From assembly GCA_002269645.1 (NCBI GenBank), contig NIVC01003901.1:38050-102049 (forward strand): DNA of 64,000 bases, written 5' to 3'. The DNA comes from Macrostomum lignano. Its lineage: Eukaryota. This document shows, in pieces, positions 55,053-63,699 of the stretch. A program made the translations under genes and the position numbers. The first letter of the stretch is position 1. The number at the start of each line of letters is the position of its first letter. Under the pieces are notes generated by a model that worked only from the letters and a program-made list of their open reading frames with translations, ran no database searches and was not told where the DNA came from.

Positions 55053-55817
55053 ATGGACATCGGCGAAGGATATAAACTCCAAATACAGGAGTATGAAGGA
55101 GTTATGTTCATTGCTATCAGAAAATTTTACCGACATGGCAGCACTGCGAGTTTGAAACCTGGAGTCCCCGGCTTCAATTTGAACATCCGTCAGTGGGAGA
55201 AGCTCAAGGAGTTGAAGCGATCGCTTGTCAAGGCGGCCTTGGACAAACAGCCAAAGGTTGTCAAACTCGGCTTCGATAAGTTCATCGAAGTGAAAAACGG
55301 CATTATCTGGTTAAAGCGATTGCCGGAGGACTGCTGCGACGAGTTTCTTAAGCGGAACACCGTGCCGCTGACACCGCCGCTGTGGCGAAAGCTGTGGCAG
55401 TACGCGGATTGGATCGACGAGCAGCTATCGGCTCCACGTGAGATTTCCGATGCATACGAGCTGGAGTCGGGATCTTCCTCCAACAGCATCGAAAATGAAG
55501 ACGATGCTGGCGAAAACGCGGAAGAGACCAAGCCGGTAGTGAAGGCGGAGGACAATGCTCCTGCTGCTGCTGGCGAGGCTGGCATGCCATCCAATCTGCA
55601 AATCGACACAGCGTTTGCCACTTCAACGCCTCTGCAACTGACCAAGCCAGCAGCTGGAGCGATTCCTCGGCAGGACACTGATCTGCAAGAGGACCCAGTC
55701 TGGTACCAATTCCGAGCTCAAGCAGCCGCCGCTGAGAACGCCAGGAAACGCAAGCAGCCGCCGTTCGCTCTGCGCAGATTGGATGCCATGAAGCTGCCCA
55801 GGCCGTGCTTCGACTGA
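55053..55817 (+). CDS. PC4 (Sub1/p15)-like ssDNA-binding protein, probably two tandem PC4 folds plus acidic tail
   Basis: IQEYEGVMFIAIRKFY..KPGVPGFNLNIRQWEKL matches PC4 (F.G...DIR..Y..KPG.KG.SL..EQW..L); a weaker second copy reads KLGFDKFIEV..VPLTPPLWRKL. Confidence 0.75.
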   Translation: MDIGEGYKLQIQEYEGVMFIAIRKFYRHGSTASLKPGVPGFNLNIRQWEKLKELKRSLVKAALDKQPKVVKLGFDKFIEVKNGIIWLKRLPEDCCDEFLKRNTVPLTPPLWRKLWQYADWIDEQLSAPREISDAYELESGSSSNSIENEDDAGENAEETKPVVKAEDNAPAAAGEAGMPSNLQIDTAFATSTPLQLTKPAAGAIPRQDTDLQEDPVWYQFRAQAAAAENARKRKQPPFALRRLDAMKLPRPCFD

Positions 55818-55985
55818 TTGCAGACCCTCTGACATTGAGACAAACTCTGTGCTACGAGCTTTTTATCCAGACCTGCTTTCCATCTCTTTGTTTGAAAATA
55901 AAAAATATATGCTTGCTTTCACATGCGCTATACATTTTCAATGTCTTAAGAAAACCTAAAAAAAAATGTTTCTTTGTTTCTGAAA

Positions 55986-57053
55986 ATGGAAAAAATTTAT
56001 TTCAATCCAAATCAGCCTGCGAGCTATTGCAGTTCTTCAAAACTGCAACATGAACTGCGAAAAAGAGGCGAGCATATTGGAGTCAAGAGCATTGAGCAGT
56101 GGCTAAGTCAGCAGCCAGTACACACTCTGCATAAGCCAGCTAGAGTACGATTTCCAAGGGCGCCAATAATAGTGAGGGCCATTGATGATCAGTGGGAGAT
56201 GGATCTGGTGGAAATGATTCCGTTTGCAAAGTATAATCGCGGGCATAAATACATTCTCACCTGCATTGATGTTTTGTCTAAATTTGCAATGGCCCGAGCA
56301 CTGAAGTCTAAGAGCGCGGCAGAAGTGAAATCTGCGTTTGAGAGCATGCTGAAGAGCTCAAAGCGGCAGCCGCGCACTGTCCGCACAGATCAGGGAAAAG
56401 AGTTTGTCAACGCAATTTTTCGCCAGTTCTGCATAGACCGGGGGATTCTGGCGTTTCCAACTAGCAGTGAGCACAAAGCAGCCATAATTGAAAGATGGAA
56501 TCGAACTTTAAAAAGCAAGATGTGGCGTTACTTTACTCACAACAGCACTCTACAATGGCTTGATGTGCTGCCTAAACTGGTCAAGTCCTATAACAATACT
56601 TTCCACAGAAGCATCAAGACTACACTAATGAATGTCAGCAAAGCAAACGAGACTGAAGTGTGGATGAACCTTTATGATGGGAAAGCGATTGAGACAGTTG
56701 AGAAACTGAGAAAACCGAAGTTCTGTGAAAACCAATCAGTGCGGATTTCCAATGCACCCAGACTCTTCAGGAAGGGATACAAGGCGAACTGGAGCGAGGA
56801 GGTGTACACCATAGTGTTTAGGGCACCAAAGCATTATCCCTACATGTACAGGATTCGAGACATGAAGGGGGAAGACATAAGAGGCCTCTTCCACGAGCAT
56901 GAGCTGCAAGCTGTTCCGGACTCGCAGCGGCTGTATGTAATCGAGAAGGTTCTGAAGACTGAGAAGCGGAAGGGTAAGATCCGATATCTCGTCAAGTGGG
57001 CCGGCTACAAGTCCACTGACTGGGTGGATGAGAAGGACTTAAGAAAAGTGTAA
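55986..57053 (+). CDS. Polinton retroviral-type (rve) DDE integrase with C-terminal chromodomain
   Basis: WEMDLVEM, YILTCIDVLSKF, RTDQGKEF, IIERWNRTLK; chromodomain YVIEKVL..RYLVKWAGY..WV. Confidence 0.95.
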   Translation: MEKIYFNPNQPASYCSSSKLQHELRKRGEHIGVKSIEQWLSQQPVHTLHKPARVRFPRAPIIVRAIDDQWEMDLVEMIPFAKYNRGHKYILTCIDVLSKFAMARALKSKSAAEVKSAFESMLKSSKRQPRTVRTDQGKEFVNAIFRQFCIDRGILAFPTSSEHKAAIIERWNRTLKSKMWRYFTHNSTLQWLDVLPKLVKSYNNTFHRSIKTTLMNVSKANETEVWMNLYDGKAIETVEKLRKPKFCENQSVRISNAPRLFRKGYKANWSEEVYTIVFRAPKHYPYMYRIRDMKGEDIRGLFHEHELQAVPDSQRLYVIEKVLKTEKRKGKIRYLVKWAGYKSTDWVDEKDLRKV

Positions 57054-57083
57054 GATACCGACATTGTGCAGCCATTCCCAACT

Positions 57084-57893
57084 ATGAGAAGCATCATCAT
57101 TTGTAGCGAAAATGCTGAAGGTACTCCTAGTGACTTTCATTTTCACCTGCCTTCACCTATTTACTTGGATCGAAATGTGGACTATGAGGCAGGTCTGGCT
57201 GAAATCCATCTGCCTGCTGCATGGTTCAATGTTGACGAGCCTTACTGCTTCACTGTCTCAGATGGAAGAGAGCATGAGGCCCTGGTTCTTCAACCCGGAC
57301 GCTTTGCTAGAGTGGAGGAACTGGTTGAGCGCATGAATGAGCTGCTGGCCAACTCTGAGTCACTGTTCTTCGATGCAATGAGCGAAAGGGAGTCTGAAAT
57401 GGAAGCTGATGAGTCCGGTTTAATGGGGCGAAGCAGCGCTAGAGATATTGGCATAAAGTTTGAAATCCAAGAGTTGAGAACGGTAGTGCTCAACAACACG
57501 GCTCGAGCAGAATTGTTCCTTCCATCAAGTAAAATTCTGCAGTGGCTGGGATTCGGAAACCAGCCTGTGAAGATCCCACCCGGACGGCAAGTGTCACTCT
57601 GCTGCATCGGTTGTCCGCCCACCAACCTGATCAACTTGCACTGCAGCATTGTGGAGCGAACAAACTGTAACTGGAACTCCGTGCTGCGAACTGTGAGCAT
57701 GTCATCCGATGTCGAATGGGGCAGCTACATGAGCAAAGTGTTTAAGAAAGCAATTTTCTTCCCGATTCAGAAAGCTAATTTTCTACATGGCATTAGATTT
57801 CAACTGCGTGACATCTTTGGCTACTCACTGACTGCTCGGAGCAGCAGCCCTGTTCTGCTCACAGTTCATATTCGGGAAAGGCTAATACAATGA
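57084..57893 (+). CDS. Polinton minor capsid protein (penton/PX)
   Basis: SDFHFHLPSPIYLD..YEAGLAEIHLPAAWFN N-terminal motif; position in cassette. Confidence 0.8.
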   Translation: MRSIIICSENAEGTPSDFHFHLPSPIYLDRNVDYEAGLAEIHLPAAWFNVDEPYCFTVSDGREHEALVLQPGRFARVEELVERMNELLANSESLFFDAMSERESEMEADESGLMGRSSARDIGIKFEIQELRTVVLNNTARAELFLPSSKILQWLGFGNQPVKIPPGRQVSLCCIGCPPTNLINLHCSIVERTNCNWNSVLRTVSMSSDVEWGSYMSKVFKKAIFFPIQKANFLHGIRFQLRDIFGYSLTARSSSPVLLTVHIRERLIQ

Positions 57894-58300
57894 ACTACCA
57901 ACAGCTGATTCGTCAGTATTCAGGGACTCTGGCAGGAAGCCAAAAGCCGGCGCTCTATGGCTGTGGGAGTTTTCCAGGAATCATGACTTACCAGCCTCCT
58001 CCAGAAGCTTCCACAAAGTCAATATCGCTATCAAAGCCAGCCCATACCACCGCCAGCGGTAGCAGCAGCAACAGCAGAAGCAATAGAAACAGACCAAAGC
58101 AGCGACTAGTCAAACAGGGCAGTAAGAAGCAGACAAAAAAGAAGAAAAAGAGTAAGACGGAGAAATCACCGAAAAGAAGCCAGTCAGGGCGAAATAAACC
58201 TAAGAAAGGGAGGTCTAAAACTCAAAGCAAGAAAACAGGCAAAGGAAAGCAAAAAGTGAGCAAAAAGACTGTGAAACGTGTTCTGGACTCGCTCTCATAG
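57890..58300 (+). CDS. Small K/R-rich putative virion core (pVII-like) protein
   Basis: Very basic C-terminal half; LYGCG adenain-type site; ATG overlaps the upstream stop (ATGA). Confidence 0.65.
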   Translation: MNYQQLIRQYSGTLAGSQKPALYGCGSFPGIMTYQPPPEASTKSISLSKPAHTTASGSSSNSRSNRNRPKQRLVKQGSKKQTKKKKKSKTEKSPKRSQSGRNKPKKGRSKTQSKKTGKGKQKVSKKTVKRVLDSLS

Positions 58301-58302
58301 CA

Positions 58303-59585
58303 ATGGCTTACGGATTCAACCCGAGACTCGATTTGTTCAAGTCCCCCATGCTGCAGACTGCCATTGAAAAATCCACATATGTTGATATTCACCCCGTGAA
58401 CTCTATTGCTACTAACTCACCTATTGAATTCGACTGTCATCCATCGGCTGATGAGTACACTGATCTGCTGAGCTCATTCCTGTATATTCGCTGTCGCCTA
58501 GTCCGGCTTGGCGGGGCTTTGATGAGGGAGGAGGTTCGAAATGCCGATGGAGTTGTCACTGAGCGCAGAGACAGTGGGGTGCACCCAGAAAACTTTGTCC
58601 TGTCTACGGCATTCTCAGATGTAATCGTGAGCATCAACCAGCGCATTGTCTCAGGCGGAGACCAGCTCTACCCCTACCATGCCTACCTAAAAGCTCTCAT
58701 GGGCTCATCCGATGCTCAGCAGTTAAAGTTCTACCCCGCCGGATTCCTGGAACCCGAAACTGCTGCTGAGGGGCATGCCGAGAGACACCGGGAGTCCCGC
58801 TGGGTGGAGTATGCGGGACCACTGCTCAGCGACATCTTCCAGTGTCCTGTTCTGCTGCTGAACAATTTACACCTGCACATCAAGCTGATGCCCAGTGATG
58901 CTGCATTCGCCATTCGAACCCCAGATGATAACAACACAGCCTACCGAATGGAAATCTCCCACTGCATTCTGAACCTGCGCCGAGTCAAAGTGGCGCCTCA
59001 CATCAGCCTGGCGCATGAGCAGGGACTGACCAATCAGAACGCACTCTACCCCATCGAGCGAACCGAAATGCAAAACTTTATTCTACCCCAGGGAATTCAG
59101 TCAAAAAACATTGAAGGATTCACCCATGGCAAACTGCCGAAGTTCGTTATGCTGGTCTTCGTGAACCACCGAGCCTTCAATGGCCATCACCATTCCAGCC
59201 CTTCGAGTTCCAGAGCTTCAACCTCAGCCAGCTAGCACTAAAGAAAGGTGGTGAAGCCATGTGCCACGCTGCATTTGCACCTGAGAATAATTCATTCGTG
59301 AGAGAGTACTTGCACTACCTGAAAAGCTGTCAGTCAGCCAGCCCTAGCAACTCGGTTCCGTGGGTCCCCTACCAGTTGTTCTCCAACGGCAACACAGCTT
59401 TCGCATTCGATCTCACGCCTGAGGGAGCGGCCCTGTGGTACGGACAGAAGGAGGGCAATTTGCGGCTGGAGATTCGCTTCCGACAGGCCCTGGAGGAGCC
59501 TGTATCTCTGATTGTTATGTGCCTGTATGACTCACTGATTGAGGTCACCAAGCACAGGGAGATTCTGTTAGATTTTCCATCCTAG
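58303..59585 (+). CDS. Polinton major capsid protein (double jelly-roll, PY/hexon), split by one -1 frameshift at ~59200; ~427 aa when restored
   Basis: LDLFKSPMLQTAIE..IHPV..PIEF, FQCPVLLLNN, YPIER; restored frame gives SPFEFQSFNL..F.NGNT.FAFDLTP..GNLRLEIRF..L.EP. Confidence 0.9.
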
Positions 59586-59608
59586 GAGTACGCTGGCGCA
59601 ACGCTAAT

Positions 59609-60127
59609 ATGGATGCTTTTCAACTGCTTAAACTGGCTAAAAGCTTTTTGCCACAAAATAACTATTTAATTATTGTCTTGAATTCAATAAATAAAACATC
59701 TTATGCTTTAAACTTTATTCAGCGAGCAACTCTCAAAAGAAATTTATCTCGATGTAAGTTTATTTTCTTTCTGCTTCAGTACAGCTCATCCTTCGGTCAC
59801 TGGGTGGTTTGTTATGCTGATAAGGAGAATTCCATAGAACTCTTTAACTCTCTGGGCTGGGACTCCAGCACTTTAGAGATCATTCACAGAGCACTGAAAT
59901 CCTTTTGGTATTCTCCATTCTACTTACGTAGCAATGTGAATCGAATTCAGAGCTGTGACTCTGCTAAATGCGGTTTGTTCTGTCTCTTGTTTGCCTATCA
60001 AAAGTTTCGTTTCAAGCGCTCGTTTGAGTGGGTTCTGCGGCACCTCCATGCAAATCAGCAGAGCCACTTGAATGAGAGAATGCTGCAAAGGTTTGAGAGT
60101 TGCTTAAGAAAAAAGAAATTTAATTAG
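59609..60127 (+). CDS. Adenain-like cysteine maturation protease
   Basis: GHWV (H64), LFNSLG, IQSCDSAKCGLFC (Q114, C121). Confidence 0.88.
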   Translation: MDAFQLLKLAKSFLPQNNYLIIVLNSINKTSYALNFIQRATLKRNLSRCKFIFFLLQYSSSFGHWVVCYADKENSIELFNSLGWDSSTLEIIHRALKSFWYSPFYLRSNVNRIQSCDSAKCGLFCLLFAYQKFRFKRSFEWVLRHLHANQQSHLNERMLQRFESCLRKKKFN

Positions 60128-60160
60128 ACTTTCAAAATTAGGGATTTAGCTCAACAGGCG

Positions 60161-60814
60161 ATGGAAACACGTGAGCGGATAAACTGTTATGATGTGCGCC
60201 TGCGACAGGGAAGCTGCATGATTGTCAGCGGGCCTACAAATGCAGGAAAGACAACCTTCGTGAAACATCTGATACAATACAAGGATGTCCTGTTTGATGT
60301 GAAGCCTGGGAGAGTTCTGTGGTACTACGGGATTTCACAAGCAGCACACTCTGAGCTCAGCAGTCTCGGCGTGCACCTGCAGCAGGGATTTCCCAGCAGT
60401 ATCGAGACCGCACTGAGACCCAATGACCTGGTTGTATTTGATGACCTGATTGAAGAAACTTCCAATTCTGCTGCAATGCGAAATGTTTTCACTGGAATTG
60501 CCCATCATTTGCCCTGCTTTCTGGTTATGCTCACCCAAAATGTATTTTTTAAAGGGAAGGAGTTGCGAACAATGAGTCTGAATGCGATGTACTTTGTGAT
60601 CATGAAGAACCCCAGAGACCAGCTGCAGATTGCAGCGCTGGGCAGGCAGTGCTTTGCTGAGAAGCCCGGATTTCTGCTGTCAGTGTTCAAGCACGTGACA
60701 TCGCACGGCAGGGGAGCCTACCTGCTCCTGGATTTTCACCCTTCCACCCCTGATGAGCTGCGCGTCCGGGCTCGAATCCTGCCCAATCAGCGACCCCACC
60801 TGGTTTACACTTAA
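60161..60814 (+). CDS. A32/FtsK-like genome-packaging ATPase
   Basis: Walker A GPTNAGKT, Walker B LVVFDDL, HH..LTQNVF, SLNA.YFV.MKNPRD, YLLLDFHP.TPD.LR.R. Confidence 0.95.
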   Translation: METRERINCYDVRLRQGSCMIVSGPTNAGKTTFVKHLIQYKDVLFDVKPGRVLWYYGISQAAHSELSSLGVHLQQGFPSSIETALRPNDLVVFDDLIEETSNSAAMRNVFTGIAHHLPCFLVMLTQNVFFKGKELRTMSLNAMYFVIMKNPRDQLQIAALGRQCFAEKPGFLLSVFKHVTSHGRGAYLLLDFHPSTPDELRVRARILPNQRPHLVYT

Positions 60815-60861
60815 GAATAACAGCCGAGATTTCGCCATTTGCTCTATATTCTGCAACACTA

Positions 60862-61179
60862 ATGATAATGGAAACATTTGACTCTCATGAAAGTTTGTTT
60901 GATGTTCTCGCGTCACCGAAATATTCCATCAGCTTTAAACGTCTGTTGATCAGAGCGGGTCCAAAAGCCGTACGTGAATTTCTCATTGAGGCCTGCTACA
61001 ACCTATTGCAAAACACTCTGTCGTTCTCACTCACTGAAAAGGCAGCGCTGGTGAAGCAAAAGCAAATAATCCGCAAAATTTCTACACATAGAAGAACTGC
61101 GGATCTGCTAAATACGGGTTTTATCAAAATTCTCTACATTCTAATAAAGCTAGTGAAGAAAAAGAAGCAAAATGAATAA
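60862..61179 (+). CDS. Polinton conserved small protein (PW-like)
   Basis: LIEACYNLL....LSLTEKAALVKQKQIIRKI pattern; hydrophobic C-terminus. Confidence 0.6.
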   Translation: MIMETFDSHESLFDVLASPKYSISFKRLLIRAGPKAVREFLIEACYNLLQNTLSFSLTEKAALVKQKQIIRKISTHRRTADLLNTGFIKILYILIKLVKKKKQNE

Positions 61180-61894
61180 GTTCTCAGAAATGGTTCTGAT
61201 CCCCAAGTCAGAGTACGACATGCTCACACAGAATTTGAAGCCAGTCGAGTCTGAAATGGACACTGCTGTGAGATATGCGCAGAGGAAATGCAATGATATT
61301 TTGCTTGCCGAGGATTGCCCAGACGATGTGAAAGCTGCCATGTACCATGATGCGATGAAGAGTTTGCTGGTCAAGCGCAAGCGGACTGGAAAGGATGGTG
61401 CGGTACCTGCGAGTGATGCAAAGATGCTGAAAACAGATATTGCACCAAGCAGCTGGGGGGAAAAGATCACCCAATCCGTGCCGCAGAAGTTTAAAGCGAG
61501 AGCCCGCAGTCTATGGGCCATCCTATCTGGCAATCCCTCTCTGATTCGGGTGTCCGAAAATGGCGAGGCGCAAATTTCTGGGAAGACAATACCCTCCTCA
61601 AACATTCTGGATTTGTTTCACAGTGCGGTGAGGGATTCGAAATGTGCCAACGAGCCGGTAGGCTGGAGTGAGTTTGTCTCATTGCTTCAAGACAAAAAGC
61701 TTAACATCCCAGCTTCGGCTATAGGAAAGTCAGTAAGGCAGCTAATTTCTAAACCGGCTGTTTCTCCAGAGGCCACCCCTGCACATCATACAGTTAAGGG
61801 ATTCGGGAGTGAGAGAGCCTGGCTACACCTGAGCAGGAAAAAAAACTATTTAAGAAGGGGAACTGAGTCGGCTTCCCGACATCTTGCGTCTTGA
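61172..61894 (+). CDS. Polinton conserved protein (PZ-like)
   Basis: VPQKFKARARSL..GEAQISGKTIPSSNILDL..P.GWSEF..L..NIP pattern. Confidence 0.7.
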   Translation: MNKFSEMVLIPKSEYDMLTQNLKPVESEMDTAVRYAQRKCNDILLAEDCPDDVKAAMYHDAMKSLLVKRKRTGKDGAVPASDAKMLKTDIAPSSWGEKITQSVPQKFKARARSLWAILSGNPSLIRVSENGEAQISGKTIPSSNILDLFHSAVRDSKCANEPVGWSEFVSLLQDKKLNIPASAIGKSVRQLISKPAVSPEATPAHHTVKGFGSERAWLHLSRKKNYLRRGTESASRHLAS

Positions 61895-61906
61895 AACCAT
61901 CCGATC

Positions 61907-62403
61907 ATGAACTATATTGACTTCCAAGGCTTCCCACGCGAGAGATCGAGCAGAGATTTCGTTGTGAAGGAGCTGGCCATTGCCCAAGTCCGGGCTGGCA
62001 GTTACCATATCACTCATCACGTGTACGCCTCTCCGTTCTCATGGGACAGAATCTCACCTGAGATGCAAGTACATTACAGAAAGCTCTCAAAGAATTTGCA
62101 TCATTTCAAGTGGACAGATGGATCCCGACCGTACATGCATTTGGCTAATGACATTCTAAACATTGCTTACGGTCCCACCTGGACAAGCGGGGTGAAAAAG
62201 TCCATCTTTCTGACTGAGCTGCTTGGCAGACAGGTGTACAACCTAGAGGATCTGGGATCACCTTTGATTCAAGCATCTGATACTGGTTGTGCAGTGAAAA
62301 ATGTATTACTGTACTACAACTGGCTGAAACCGAAGTTCTGTATCAACTTAAGAAGCGAGGTGTGCCCGCACCACTCAAAAGCTCGCAAAGACAGCACCAC
62401 TGA
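61907..62403 (+). CDS. DEDD/RNase-H-fold exonuclease-like accessory protein; probable -1 frameshift at ~62328, restored stop at 62401-62403 (ORF track runs to 62752)
   Basis: IDFQGF..FVVKELA, H..W.DG..Y, CAVKNV pattern; adding one A to AAA at 62327-62329 gives ..WLKTEVLYQLKKRGVPAPLKSSQRQHH*, ending 17 nt before the next ATG. Confidence 0.55.
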
Positions 62404-62420
62404 CAGAAAGGACTCTCTAA

Positions 62421-62984
62421 ATGAGTACACCTGCGACAGCCCTGCGAGTGACCAATCTGGTCGGCGGCGTGGATCTGAGACTTGCTGGAGACAGGGGTGC
62501 CCAGTTGCCTCTGCGGGAACTGGCTCTCAGCATGGCTCATGTCATCTATCGCCCCGTCTGGCCCCGAGTGCTTATCAAGAGGATGCGGAGTCCCAGAGTG
62601 ACTCTATTGCTCTATCCGACTGGACAACTGAGTATCTGTGGCGCCCGGAGCTACTCGGCCTCAGTCAGGGCCGCTCGTCGCTTCGTGGCTATGCTGCATC
62701 GCAGAGTGCCTGCTCAACTGCTGCCTCATCAAACTGTGCATGTGCGGATTAAAACTATTACTGCGCATGGGAAAATTGACTTGTGCAGAGCACTTCCCCT
62801 CGCTAATCTTGTGAACACTTTACCAAATGCTCAATATGAGCCAGAGTCATTTTCTGCTTTGATCTGCAAACTAAGCTTCTGCAAATGCCTGCTTTTTCAC
62901 AATGGCTCATTCGTTCTCAGTGGTGCAAAAACAATGAGCATGCTAATTTCCGACTTTTCCTTGCTTGTCCGTTTTCTGTGCTAA
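62421..62984 (+). CDS. Divergent TATA-box-binding protein (TBP)-like protein encoded by the Polinton
   Basis: Two TBP repeats: VTNLVGGVDL..LPLRELAL..YRP..VLIKRMRSPRVTLLLYPTGQLSICGARS..AARRF and IKTITAHGKI..LPLANL..YEPESFSALI..CLLFHNGSFVLSGAK, aligning with TBP NIV..YNPKRFAAVIMRIREP.TTALIF.SGK..TGAKS / YEPELFPGLI..LLIF.SGKVVLTGAK. Confidence 0.88.
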   Translation: MSTPATALRVTNLVGGVDLRLAGDRGAQLPLRELALSMAHVIYRPVWPRVLIKRMRSPRVTLLLYPTGQLSICGARSYSASVRAARRFVAMLHRRVPAQLLPHQTVHVRIKTITAHGKIDLCRALPLANLVNTLPNAQYEPESFSALICKLSFCKCLLFHNGSFVLSGAKTMSMLISDFSLLVRFLC

Positions 62985-63009
62985 TAATAACCATATGTTT
63001 CAACAATTA

Positions 63010-63015
63010 AATAAA
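63010..63015 (+). terminator. Candidate polyadenylation signal AATAAA at the end of the plus-strand viral cassette
   Basis: 26 nt after the TBP-like stop, in the AT-rich gap between converging genes. Confidence 0.45.
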
Positions 63016-63699
63016 AAGACGACAGCTGAACAAAAATATAATAATCTTGCATGCATATACCACGTATTAAGATGCGTGCATTTTAATCAATATACCTGAA
63101 AATCAGACTTCGATCGACTTTTTCTTTATTTTCATAACTGAAATCGCAATATTAGTTTGAGTATAGAAAATTTAATCAGACCACAACCAACTCAAGAAAA
63201 AAAGCACACCCATCACTCAGATTATGCACTGCTAAGACAAATAAAAACGAACAAGAACTAGCAGAAATGAAAAAGGAAGCAATATTTTTCAGATAATCAT
63301 TGGATAATGGTTACAAAAAATATGAGTAGCAAAGCTAGCAAAGATAAAAAAAGGACAGTAACTCAGTTCATTCAATTGTGCAAAAATTCAAGGATAATAA
63401 AAAAGGGAAAGCCAGACCAATATGCCGCAAATTATTCCAACATGGCTTTCACAAGTTCGTATTGAAATAAATCTGGAACAACTCAACTCGAAAATGTTAC
63501 GTCAGTTAGTTGCTTAGAGACTACAAATATGTAACTAACTGAATTGGCTCTATTCGTTCCAGCATTGTCATTATCATCATCATCCATCATTATCATCATC
63601 ATCATCATTCAGATTAATTAAACCACTGAAACAATTCATGGAGTACATAAGTAAAAGTCAATAAATTTCAACGCCAAGGTTACACAGATGTGCAAAGCA

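Noticed and set aside
62404-62752. C-terminal extension of ORF 61907 overlapping the TBP-like gene
   Set aside because: Low-information sequence in the alternative frame of the TBP-like gene; best explained by a 1-nt deletion at ~62328.
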